Shown: positions 48,670 to 59,562 of the stretch, piece by piece
Position numbering within the stretch: the stretch's first letter is position 1
How the letters are laid out: each line of letters opens with the position of its first letter
From: Lepidodermella squamata
Taxonomy: Eukaryota > Animalia > Gastrotricha
Direction: 5' to 3'
DNA: 64,000 nt
NCBI GenBank assembly: GCA_047495785.1
Contig: JBLDXI010000023.1
Span: 124,001-188,000, forward strand
Notes under the pieces: model-generated
What the model was told of the DNA's origin: nothing
The model's input: only the letters and a program-made list of their open reading frames with translations
Database searches by the model: none
Position numbers and translations under genes: made by a program

Positions 48670-50946
48670 TTATCGCCTCATGATACGTTTGACTACCGGA
48701 ATCCTTCTGAGTAGAGGTATAATCCACGTAGATGATATTGATGAGGAAATCGTAAGGAGGCAAAATGAAACTGCAATGTTTTGCTTAACCTGATCTTGAG
48801 CTGTCAACAGGGCGATTAAAATCGAGCACGGGTACATCGTTACTGCAAAAGCAGTTGCGAAACACATGAGCCAAAATTCCCTGGTCCGATTCATGCCGCT
48901 GATTTGATTCAGCTGATAACAGCACATTGCGGAGACTATGAGAACAACGCCCTGGATCACAGCGATTGTACTCAAAAGACCCCACGCTACAGGGGCATAT
49001 GATTTTGACCAACCGCAAAATATAGCGTACTTCTCGAGGGAGGTATCGAGTTGCTCGTTGTAAATTGGCTCAGCGACTAACTTCGTTAGACAAGACATGT
49101 CTTGAGTAGCTAGCCATGCGATCGCGAAAACGAAACATCCCACGCTGTAATATGTCGCAGTCGCGAATGAAAATGCGTCCAGACGCCTCCAACAATCGGG
49201 GCAGAAGGCAAACCGATTCTTGACTGATTCGGAGGCACGTTTCTTCGTTGGCGTTGAGCACGCTTTCGTCTCCTCAATTGCAAGAAGGATGATAATTGGA
49301 CGAAACCCCGTGACGGCGAGGATAAGTGGGCATGCTAATAGGAGAAGGAAAATCGAAGCTGCATGGATAGCTGAAGAGCCTGTGAATCGTTCTGTCAAAA
49401 ACAAACCAGCCGATAGGTTCATAATCAAACAGCCTGAAAATCCTAGGATGTTCGATGCCGGAAATTTTTTCACTTCGCGCCTTATTTTGCCGAGAAAAAT
49501 TACTGACGAAAGTTGAATTACTGAAAGCAGGGTCACAAGAAACCATACTGTGATTTTTAGCTCGATAGCAGGTTTCAGAAAGTCAGAAATTGTTGTTAGC
49601 CGATCATTTGGCGGTTTACCGTTCACCCAATCAACATCTCGAACCATGGCGAAATTAAAATTTTTCAAATCATAATTCGTCGAAGAACTGTTCGTGTAGT
49701 TCGATCTGAGGAGACCGGCGTATTTCAGACCGAAGGCTGGGCGGTAGATCAAAACGCTCTGCAGATCGCCTTGAAAGAGCCCGGCAGCACTGTATGACTT
49801 CTCGCCGTATCTTACGCCAAAATACCTCACGTTCAGGACGGATTCATTAGCTGTTCTAACAACGATTTGCGGGTTGTTGGAATAGTCTCGAAGTGTTAGG
49901 CCATACCGTGACTTTAGGGTAGCTGCTGTTGAATTCAGAGCGAGTACAGCAGCCAGAACAGCGTTGTGAATGATAAAAGATGCGGCGAAAGAAAGAAGAC
50001 TTTTATTGGTTGCTTTGTTCAAAAATTCCATGAATTGAATATTGGAGAATCCCAATTCGCAAAATTGAGTGTAGTTATCCATGTTAGTCGGCCCAAAGTA
50101 GAATGATTGCCGAACTTGTTGCAATATCTCTGACTGAGAGCAACTCGAATTTTGTACTGAAATTGAAAAGCCGCCTTGTTGTGCTAAGAAAACATAGCGA
50201 GGTCCGTATACACCAACCCGGTAGGCTTCGCAGATGAACTTTACGTAGGTAACACTGTTGGACACACTGACAAAAATGACTCTTAGGCCGCTCTGTTTGA
50301 AGGACTCAATATCTTCCATGAAAACATCACTTGCGATGTTGAACCAGGGCACAGTGAATCCCGACGCTAAAGCTCGTTCCTGAAGGAAGAAAGCTATGCC
50401 GTAGTCATTGACATTACCTGAATTCGCCCAAATACCGAATTTCGACCACCCGCCGATCTTTTGCATGAAGAGTAAGATCAGCATAACCGAAGCTTTGTAA
50501 GTTGACAGCGATAGGTAAAGATTGGGGTTCAAGGAGTGATCTTCCAAAGATGGGCTGATACAGGAGTGACTGATTGCGACAGTGTTCAGATGGTTCAATA
50601 TCGGGCCAGCAGCTTTGCATCCGGATGAAAATCCCGGTCCGATAACGATTGGGGATTGTAGGCTTTGATTTCGATTCCTGAACTCGACAAGCCTTCGAAC
50701 TGCTGCATTGCCTAACTCTTCATCGGCTATTTCAAGGTCGATGTGATAGTCGGGCAAGATGTCTTGCCGCAAATTGACCTGGTCAATGACAAATTTCGGC
50801 GTTAGAACCATGGTTTGCACGGTGAGGGGATCCACTTGGCTTAAGGGAAATAATGTCAGCAGAGTTATCCTGTAAGGTTTCGTCGTCACATTCACGGTGG
50901 CCGTCGCAAATTGCAACAACCATAAGAGTGCAATTACCGCCAGCAT
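48670..50946 (-). CDS. Orphan class C GPCR, intronless subfamily A, about 758 aa
   Basis: First ATG at 50946; signal peptide, DILPDYH, VIGPGFSSGCK, CEAYRVGVYGPRYVF, PPND linker and 7TM. Confidence 0.88.
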   Translation of the reverse strand: MLAVIALLWLLQFATATVNVTTKPYRITLLTLFPLSQVDPLTVQTMVLTPKFVIDQVNLRQDILPDYHIDLEIADEELGNAAVRRLVEFRNRNQSLQSPIVIGPGFSSGCKAAGPILNHLNTVAISHSCISPSLEDHSLNPNLYLSLSTYKASVMLILLFMQKIGGWSKFGIWANSGNVNDYGIAFFLQERALASGFTVPWFNIASDVFMEDIESFKQSGLRVIFVSVSNSVTYVKFICEAYRVGVYGPRYVFLAQQGGFSISVQNSSCSQSEILQQVRQSFYFGPTNMDNYTQFCELGFSNIQFMEFLNKATNKSLLSFAASFIIHNAVLAAVLALNSTAATLKSRYGLTLRDYSNNPQIVVRTANESVLNVRYFGVRYGEKSYSAAGLFQGDLQSVLIYRPAFGLKYAGLLRSNYTNSSSTNYDLKNFNFAMVRDVDWVNGKPPNDRLTTISDFLKPAIELKITVWFLVTLLSVIQLSSVIFLGKIRREVKKFPASNILGFSGCLIMNLSAGLFLTERFTGSSAIHAASIFLLLLACPLILAVTGFRPIIILLAIEETKACSTPTKKRASESVKNRFAFCPDCWRRLDAFSFATATYYSVGCFVFAIAWLATQDMSCLTKLVAEPIYNEQLDTSLEKYAIFCGWSKSYAPVAWGLLSTIAVIQGVVLIVSAMCCYQLNQISGMNRTREFWLMCFATAFAVTMYPCSILIALLTAQDQVKQNIAVSFCLLTISSSISSTWIIPLLRRIPVVKRIMRR

Positions 50947-52054
50947 TATTTTCAAATTGTACTGTAAGCGAGAGCGCCTATTGAAGCGACAAAAAATTTT
51001 TTGCTGCTTAATGAACGGCTAACCACACGGCTAATTCTTAGTACGGTAGTGCTTTTAATGATGTGCTTTCCGATGTTGACATTTCGAGTATGAAGACACA
51101 ACAGGACGCAGCTCTACTATCGGGCTAATGAAGATTCTAATTGACCCAAGCTACTGAAATAGCCTTCTCACAGGATATCAATGAATCTGATAAGAAACGA
51201 TATAACTGAGGCTTTTTCAGCCAGGAAGCAGCACTCATGGGGTCGGGCGTCAGTAAGCATGTTTGCGAAAATAAACGCGCAGGATGTGTCGGGGACTGGA
51301 AATTTGCTACTGAAGCGGCTTTGACGTTTGTAAACTGCGCAAAATGCGCCGATTCCGGAACAGCATCACCCTTCGCAAGTTGCTTTCAGCGTTTAGCTCC
51401 TACTAGAGTGTAGGAGGCGTTTTATTACAGCCGCAGGGGGATCATCAGCTTCGTTTCAATGTTCACCGAGAGTAGTTTCACGGCGTGAAAGGAGGCAAAA
51501 TAATGTAAAACTGCTGAACTGCTTTGGCAGACTGGCTCAAAATAAAGCGGACTTTGTTATGTCGAACTAATTCAGTTTCGGAAATAATGGAAAACAGAAA
51601 ACTATGAATGAAATCTAGAAGAGGGCGGATGAATGCTTTCATTGATATATTTCATACGATAATTAGCACGTCGACCTTATTTATGAACAACAATTTTCAA
51701 AATGTTTTATGAATCGAGGCAGATTCAGGGAGACTGCTAAATAATCGATCAGCTATCGAAATATAACACGATACATACATGGCTCCAAAGTTGATTCATC
51801 GTTCATCGCCTCAGAATATTTCCCGCTCGCAAACGGTGACAACATCACCTATTGTTATTGTCGCTACATGCGAAAGTCCGGCTACGAACGATGTCAGCCG
51901 GGCAAAGTTGCTTCTCAACGGCGAGACATGGGTGCTGGTGGCATCCGGGGCGAAGACGGCGTAAAACGTTCCGGCGGATTAACTTTGAAGGGCCCTGACT
52001 AATTTCACTCATTTGAATCATTGTCATCGCAAAAATGAGAATCGTAAAATTATT

Positions 52055-52096
52055 CGGACAAATATTTAAAAATTCAATTTTTTAAATATTTGTCCG
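52055..52096. repeat. Perfect 18-bp inverted repeat (hairpin)
   Basis: CGGACAAATATTTAAAAA-6 nt-TTTTTAAATATTTGTCCG. Confidence 0.85.
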
Positions 52097-52866
52097 TAAC
52101 TTTGAAAAATTGCAGCTAACTCAATTTTCTATTATTTCTTAAACGGGTTCGACAGCAACAAACTACATTGTTCGTCCGAATTTTATGTAATTTTTCCGGA
52201 TTGGTCAGCATCAAGGGCTTTAATGAGTGTGGATCGCAAAAATTAACATATCGAAATTTGCTGTTGAAAAAAGAGTTTGATGATAGAAAAAGTAATTTGA
52301 TGTTGAAAAAAGTAAATTTGATGTTAAAAAAATGTGACCCGATTAGTAGGTATGGTTAATTAATTAATTAGAGTCTTGTGATGCTTATTAGATAAAATAA
52401 CCATGGTAATTTAGTCCGATTATAATTGTAATTCGGAAGTGGTACGAAGCCAGCTCACTGTGCCGCTTGAAATTTGATCAAAAAGGAAACTCTTTGATCT
52501 TTGAGCTATAAATATTACCTTTACCTTTTACCTGACATATCCACCTTCCGACAATTTTAAAGAAACTACACGATGAACAATTGTAAGAAAGAAAAGTCAT
52601 TTTACGTCTGGGATGCGAGAGGCACCAATAGCTTAATGAAAATATCACTTTTCCTCCATTTAAAGATCCGAAACCGCGCATTTGTCCATAATAAGTGCTA
52701 TACTATTGAGCTGCTAATGGTGAAATTTGAGGCGTGACGGCTCTGCGATAAGGCAAATTCACATTCAACGTTCAGCACGCATGGAAGGCTGGTAAAATAG
52801 TCCGACGGATGTGTGCGTATTGAGCATGTTGATAGCGCAATTGCTTTTATTGTACATCACAACACT

Positions 52867-55185
52867 ATGAATTACAGTTCTCTTCTGCTACAGCTCGCGT
52901 TATCAGCCACGATGACTGGCTTGATGCTGAGCCACACTCAGGATCGCCATATCACGCAGAGTAAGCCGTACAAGTTATCAATGCTTTCGATGATGATGTT
53001 CAGCGGCTTCGAGCCAAGAGACAACATGCTCTGCAGGGCCTCGCAAGAGCTGGTCGCAAACATAGTAAACCAACGCATCGACATCCTGCCAGATTATCAC
53101 ATCGTCCTGGATTTTCAAAACGAATCAGTGAATGCTTTTCATTCGGTGCAAATAGGAGTTGACTACGTGAGGCGTATGGAAACTCCACTCGAAGAGAATC
53201 TCTACCCAGCCCCTGTCGTCATGGGCCCATTTCTTAGTTCAGGTTGTAAAGCTTGGGGCTCGACTGTTCACTTCTTTGATAGGTTAGTGATAGCCGGGTC
53301 ATGTACATCCCCAGTTCAAACTGCTCGCAGGATAAAATACCCTAATTTCTATCGCATCCGAGCCGGAGCTGAAATTATTCTTTACGCACGCTTAACGTGG
53401 CTGAAAATGGCAACCAGCATTCGGTCATTAGGAATAACGTTCAACAATGCGAATCCGTTCAACTATGACGCAGCCTCCCTTTTCAACAAAATGGCTGTTG
53501 AAAATGGCTTCAACGTTCTTGCTTATGAAGGGAGTTTGGATTTCAACGACGATGTTATGCTAGATTTGAAGGCGCGTGATATTCGCATTTTCACGATGGA
53601 ATCCTCTGAGACATCAGCTGGTTTGCGTTTCCTTTGCCAGGCATACAAGTTCGGCATGACTGGCAACAGATACATGTTCGTTTTCCAGTTTTTCGCCTAC
53701 GTCGACATTTACACCTTGCCGTTCGAGATCTACCCTGGCTGCAACCGAACCACGATTGCTAAACAGCTCAAGGTGTCTCTCTTCATTGGCTCCCCGTTGG
53801 ACATCATAAAGCCGATGACTGGGCGATCTGAACTTGGTCATACTGTTCAAGAATTTGAAGGTCTTTTCAACAATTTCACGAATGGAACTGTAACAGCTGA
53901 CTATGATTTTCGCCATCTGTGCTACGATAGAATCCTTACAGCTTTAATGATCCTCAACGATACGGAGACGGCACTTGCGAAGCAGAACATGTCTCTCAGA
54001 GACTTCAGAAGCAATCCGCGAGCAGTTATGCTGGCTGCAAATTTTAGTGCTGCAAATCTCGATTTCAGAACCCTTCGTTTCGGTAGGTTTAAATACTCGT
54101 CTCGGCTTGAGTATGATTACGAGCCTCAGTTTGTTACCTACTGGTCTGCAGAGCAAAATAAATTAGTAGTATCTCATCAGATCACGTGCCGCTCAGACGC
54201 GACTACGTGCTACAATGTAAGCTCCTTCCGGCTTGAACAAGTGACTGCCTTTCCATTCGGCCTACCAAAAGACACAGCGGTGTTAGTCGAATCAATTGGA
54301 ATGACATCGAAAGGCGTTTCAATAAGTATAGCCATCATTTCCTTGCTGTTGATCGCGGCACAGTTCGTGTTAGCTTTTCGGTCTCACCGAAAAATGAGGC
54401 GGGATGGAGAACGACTATTGCGTGTACCGTTTGTTTTGTTTTCTGGATTCCTTTCGATCAATCTGGGAGCGATATTTCTGGTTCAGCAAGGCAATTCAGC
54501 CTATTGTCACCTTCAGATTTTTTTCATGTGGAATGGACTATCCTTACTAAATAGCTGCGTCATGAGTTCAATTCTGTCAGAGAAACATTCCCTAGATGTG
54601 TGGCGATTTCGAGGAGGTGGAGCTGTAATGATGGTCAACAATCGATCGAAAATCTCTCCTGGCCGCAAACTGATGGAGCTCAGCGGCTTTATTGTAATGA
54701 GAAACACGGTTGTTCTTACTGTGGTGAGTGTGTCCGTGACGACAGTCTGGTCAGCATACGACTCCCTTCGTGAGGTTGTAGAAGATTCTGAAGAAGCAAT
54801 GTCGACTTACAACTTTGAGTCGGACACATTCACTAGAATTCGAAAAATTTCCTGTCAGTCGGAGAATATGCTCGTTTTCATAGCTACGGAAATCGCTCTC
54901 AACATTACGATACTGGTTTGGGCAGTATACCTGACCATCTCGATCCGAAGCTATATAAGACTGCGGGTCAGGCTCAACATGGATGTAATCAAGCCCTATA
55001 TGCTAGCAGTTCCACTGGCAATAACGATATTCATTTGCTCTGTAGCCATTGAAATTCTTCTCGAATCGGGTGGAAGTTCAGCCCTTGGCAACTCTAAATC
55101 GATTGCCCTCGCATTTGTCCTGCTCATCTACTCCGGCCTGATCAGTTTTTCCGTTTTCTGGAACGCTTTGAAACCCAATTCATAA
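52867..55185 (+). CDS. Orphan class C GPCR, intronless subfamily A (more distant member), about 772 aa
   Basis: First ATG at 52867; DILPDYH, VMGPFLSSGCK, KYPNFYR, FLCQAYKFGMTGNRYMF, LPKD linker and 7TM. Confidence 0.88.
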   Translation: MNYSSLLLQLALSATMTGLMLSHTQDRHITQSKPYKLSMLSMMMFSGFEPRDNMLCRASQELVANIVNQRIDILPDYHIVLDFQNESVNAFHSVQIGVDYVRRMETPLEENLYPAPVVMGPFLSSGCKAWGSTVHFFDRLVIAGSCTSPVQTARRIKYPNFYRIRAGAEIILYARLTWLKMATSIRSLGITFNNANPFNYDAASLFNKMAVENGFNVLAYEGSLDFNDDVMLDLKARDIRIFTMESSETSAGLRFLCQAYKFGMTGNRYMFVFQFFAYVDIYTLPFEIYPGCNRTTIAKQLKVSLFIGSPLDIIKPMTGRSELGHTVQEFEGLFNNFTNGTVTADYDFRHLCYDRILTALMILNDTETALAKQNMSLRDFRSNPRAVMLAANFSAANLDFRTLRFGRFKYSSRLEYDYEPQFVTYWSAEQNKLVVSHQITCRSDATTCYNVSSFRLEQVTAFPFGLPKDTAVLVESIGMTSKGVSISIAIISLLLIAAQFVLAFRSHRKMRRDGERLLRVPFVLFSGFLSINLGAIFLVQQGNSAYCHLQIFFMWNGLSLLNSCVMSSILSEKHSLDVWRFRGGGAVMMVNNRSKISPGRKLMELSGFIVMRNTVVLTVVSVSVTTVWSAYDSLREVVEDSEEAMSTYNFESDTFTRIRKISCQSENMLVFIATEIALNITILVWAVYLTISIRSYIRLRVRLNMDVIKPYMLAVPLAITIFICSVAIEILLESGGSSALGNSKSIALAFVLLIYSGLISFSVFWNALKPNS

Positions 55186-55866
55186 GCTAAGACGATGCCG
55201 TTGAAGATTCGCAGCCAGCTACCGGGCGAATAAACAGCTGGTGTCGGGTCCGCCCTTCAATCAAACCCAACCCGATAGAAACGAGGACAAGCTGAATTCG
55301 AAAATCGGCTACCTGGTCGTTGAATCTGTTTATTTCGGTTGCAAGGCTGATGACGGAAATAATTGCGCAGGGAATGTCGGAACAATGGCGAACAGCTAGA
55401 GTAAAATTTAAGAAGCATTTTTTGACATAGCTGGAGCTTATTACCGTGTTTTTTCCAACTGCTGTTGATGAGATCTCAGCCAGTATGAACGCACTTAGCC
55501 CTCTTCAAATGCGCGATCTACAGATTTTTAAGCATTATCGGTAAAAATCCTGCTTGGAACAAATGAAAGGCAGAGGATAGGCCGATCGTCCACTGCATTA
55601 ATACGAATCGAAACGCCTTTGAAATTTTTGGTAATTTTGACCGCCCCACCGAGGAATGTACTCCAAAAATTAGGTAGGGCAGCTGAACACAGTGTGCATA
55701 AAGTTAATGCGTCAAACAAGGGCATTGAAAGATTAAGGCACTGAGCCTAACCAAACACCAAAGGCGAACGACACTGTAGCTGATCAAATAACCTGCTGCG
55801 TGTTGCCATGTAATTGCCCACGGATCAAAACAAGGGAAGAAAAAAATGAAAAAATCAGTCATTAGC

Positions 55867-55906
55867 AGAAAAATAACAGCTGAACTTGCACCGGGGAGCC
55901 TATAAA
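55867..55906 (+). promoter_or_regulatory. Putative core promoter of PAN gene 2
   Basis: AGAAAAATAACAGCTGAA (16/18 match to 4627-4644) followed by TATAAA at 55901. Confidence 0.55.
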
Positions 55907-55968
55907 TTAGGCGAATAAGTGCTAGTTAAGTCATACCAAATCATAATTCGCAACTCTAATTAATTAAA

Positions 55969-56600
55969 ATGATGCACTCTCTGGTGATTTTCTGCATTTT
56001 CGGGCTTGGTTTTTCGGGAGGTAGCGTTTTCGATGAGGTTAAATGGACATATCTTAATATCCATGTTTTCATTGCAGCGACAACTCCCGATGGTTACGAG
56101 TCGGTTACTTACTCGTGCAACTCCAAATACAAGTATTGGACCGGGATCACAAGCACTGAGAACTGCGCCGCTAAGTGCACCACTGATGGCACAGCCTGCG
56201 CCGGATTTCACTATGCCTATAACAGTGCCTTACAGACCTGCCAACTCCATTCGTCTTGTAGTACCGATACTGGCCTTTCTATCGATTCTAACACCGTCGT
56301 GTTCAAAAAAGACTCAAGTAAGTATCATAGCTTTGGAAATCATTCCTGCTCATGTTTGAATTTCATTGCCTTTCAGCATTCGCTCTGTTCGGTTATGTGA
56401 CCTATTCCTGTGGCAGCATTTACTCGATCAACAAAAACGTCACCAGCATTGTCACGTGTGTTGACAAGTGCTACGCGGCTTCCAAGTGCAAGGGCATCGC
56501 CTACTCGGCCTCCCTTGATGTTTGCAACCTGTGCGCGAAATGCGTCGACTCCGGATCGACCCCGCCTTCGGATTACATGGCTTTCAAAGCCTCTTACTAA
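55969..56600 (+). CDS. Small secreted tandem PAN/apple-domain protein, paralog 2 (3 exons, about 171 aa)
   Basis: Exons 55969-56020, 56078-56317, 56377-56600. Intron 2 has the same position and phase as the paralog's intron; removing the in-frame 57-bp intron 1 restores alignment (TTPDGY vs TIPDGY). Confidence 0.83.
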
Positions 56601-56793
56601 CCCCGCCAACTTGGGAAATGAGGTTTTTTAAAGGAAGAAGATTGATGAGCAATTTTCCAAGATGAACATTAAACTGAGGAATTTTTATTCGACTCAACAA
56701 AATGGTCTTAATATTCATCTCTGCACTTAGTCATAGCTTGTCATTCATCCACTGTTGTTGCGTTTTTCGCGTCATGCGGTATTCGGTTTGCTC

Positions 56794-58587
56794 TCAGCGC
56801 TCGTTTGACGCCGATTGGGGCGGACGGAACATAGCGGCATGAGTAGAGCTAGCCGATGCGGCAGCCCATGCTGGAGGCCGCAACACGCCAGATGATGGCA
56901 TCGCACTAGTATCACGCGCAGTGCCACTCATCACAGTGCTAGCAGATTCGCCCGAGTATCGAAACAAATGAGCTGGAATTGCAGAGCTCTGATACGGAAT
57001 CGTTTCCGGAGTTGGCTTCAAGACAGGGACATCGGAGTAGTTATTCATAGGCATCGCAATCCATTGCCCAGGGCCGTAAATTGCATGAGATGCCACTGGC
57101 ATATCAGCATCAGAATCTTCAGTTGACGAAGAGTCGCCCTCGCTGTTTTCATCTTCTGACTCGTTCTCATTGCCGCGCTTGCAGCATTTTGATATGAAAA
57201 TTTTAATCTGAGCAGAGTTTTATATTAATGGGCGCCGATGATGTCAAATCAAACCGACCTGTTCTGCAACGGTTTCTTGAATCATTTGAAGGCAAGTCGA
57301 TAGCATCGCCATGCCAAAAAAGCAGTAAAACCAGGTAAGGCCGAACTTCCAAGCAACCTGCGTCTCCGTATTCGTGTTGACCAGCCCAGGCACCAGATCG
57401 CCAAAACCAATAGTCAGCGTTGTAATAAACTGGTTTAAACAATCAAAAACCTGTCATAAAAAGGAGTGCAGAATCTTTACCGAAAAGTAGACGGCATCAA
57501 CGAGGGACCAAGCTTCAGTGAATGTAAAAATAAACCCGCCGAACAGCACAACAGTAAACAGTAGAAAAAGAGACAGCGATACAGGTATGAAGCCATTTAT
57601 CGCGGCTTCTTTCTCAGCATCATCTTCCGACGAGTCTTCACCCGAGTCCTCCTCCAAAGCTTCGATAAATGCAGAGCTGGGCGAGTTCGGTTCCGTACGC
57701 CATTGAGCGATCATCCGGGCTGCAAGCTACTGCCGCGATTCCTTGTTCTTCTTCGAGGATTTACAGGCCATGCAACAACACACCATGTGATACGTGTAAT
57801 GCGTCACATCCGACAGAAAATTTCCGAGTTGTGCGAGGCTTGTTAAAAACATGGGCATTCCAACTAAAGCGTAGCAAATCAGAACGATGCGGCCCCAAGT
57901 TGTCGAAGGTGCAATATGTCCGTAGCCGATTGTTGTAACCACTGTGACGCAGAAGAATGTAGCAGCTAGGAAGTGCCATTTTGGCTGCATGGTCTCGCAA
58001 TCTCGCCCGTCCCACGTTGAGTTGCGAAAAGCCATCACAAATGTGTTCAGGGTGTCGCGGTACTGATCAAGGCGTTCTTCGTGGGATAACTGAAAGTTTG
58101 ATGATGCCGAAGAGACCGCCTCTTTAGCTTTATTCATCCCGTTGTAGTACTTTTCCCGATTCTAGAAGATGAAGAAAGTTATTGATAAATTGTGATTTCT
58201 GATTCCCTCGCATCGCATGAAAACTAACCGATTTGCAGGTTTGAACTTCGTTGAAGCTCTCCATCGAACTGAACATATAGCCGCCAAGAAAGCAAAATGC
58301 GATGACACCTAAAAGAATTCCCACATTCGTGCCTGCCCATTTCAGTATTGTAGTTGAATGTTCGCGCTTCCATTTTTGTTTCAAGTACTGCATATGTAAA
58401 CGCAAGAGGTTGTTTACACGATTGATCTTTCTATTCAGCAAACCTGGTCGTCTAAAAACAGATGCACGACTTCTGGGTCTGCATCTGGCGCGAAATCCGC
58501 CTTGGTGTCATAGTCTGGACTTTCGCCAAACGCTGTCGAGTCTTCAAATTCGTTGAACAAAACGCGTTGTTCGCCTGATTCACCCAT
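56794..58587 (-). CDS. Two-pore-domain (K2P, TWIK/TWK-like) potassium channel; contains an in-frame TAG
   Basis: Exons 58587-58444, 58387-58229, 58161-57481, 57429-57259, 57207-56794. Pore motifs TTIGYGH and TIGFGD, four TMs. TAG at 57729-57727 in the M2-M3 loop. Confidence 0.85.
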
Positions 58588-59562
58588 GATATTAGAGGTA
58601 CTGCAATGCTTCGATTCCCCAATTCGCAAACATGTACAATGATGTAGATTTCGCGCGATAGCTTTTGCGGCTTCATTAATTTGTCATGTTGTTTTCATAC
58701 AAGAGTCAAGGCGCGCCAATGCTAGAAGCAAACAGCATCGATGACACAGCCCACACGTGCGAAATGCCTCAGGCTACTACGTGGCGTTACAGCCTATCGC
58801 TTAATGCTTTATATGCAGCCATAATAAATAAATGAATGTATCATGCTAGCATGACCGAGTTTTTCACGTTATCCATCGGATGCTTTGAATCGTATTAACC
58901 TGAAATGTGAATTGTCTACCTATAGCAACCATGTGCAATAAAGCATATGATAAACCAGAGCAAACAACGATACTCCGATGAAAGCACTGTGGCAGATGAT
59001 TTTGAACCCCGGATGCTGAGCCAGACATGCTTAAAATACTTGCAACGGACTTCCTGAAATTGCATGTAAAAGAAGAGACATTTGATTTAACTAGCTCTAA
59101 GAAATAAAAATGTACATGGGTTGAGGAATATTGAGGATCTGTCTATCTTATAGCGATCTTCTGTATTATTGGTCCTGCTGATCTGAAGTTTGACGTGGCT
59201 TTATCGAGGCAAGTGATATGGACGCAGTGTTTTCAAATTTTACGATGAAAAATTAATTAAGAAAATCGCTACTACAGCCTTTTCAGACGCGATGCACAGT
59301 TAAATTATTGGTGCAAGGTGCAACTTTTGAGCTGTGCATCGTTTCAGGTTTGGCATGGCATGAAAAGTTCGAATTATCTTGAAGAAGACATTTTCAAGGT
59401 ATTTTAAAGCCTATTATGCACCTCCCCTTGATTTCCCAGATATTTGAAAGGACAGCGGATCAATACCGCGTGGCTTTGTTTCCTGTACTTCGCCGCCCTG
59501 TACTGTTCAAAGAATGCAAAAATTCATCGTTCAATTTATTGCATAGCGTATAAATTTCAAAT

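Noticed and set aside
51780-52030. vWA-like fragment on the minus strand (AVFAPDATST...NFARLTSFVAGL)
   Set aside because: Resemblance too weak; no MIDAS motif, start codon or continuing exon.
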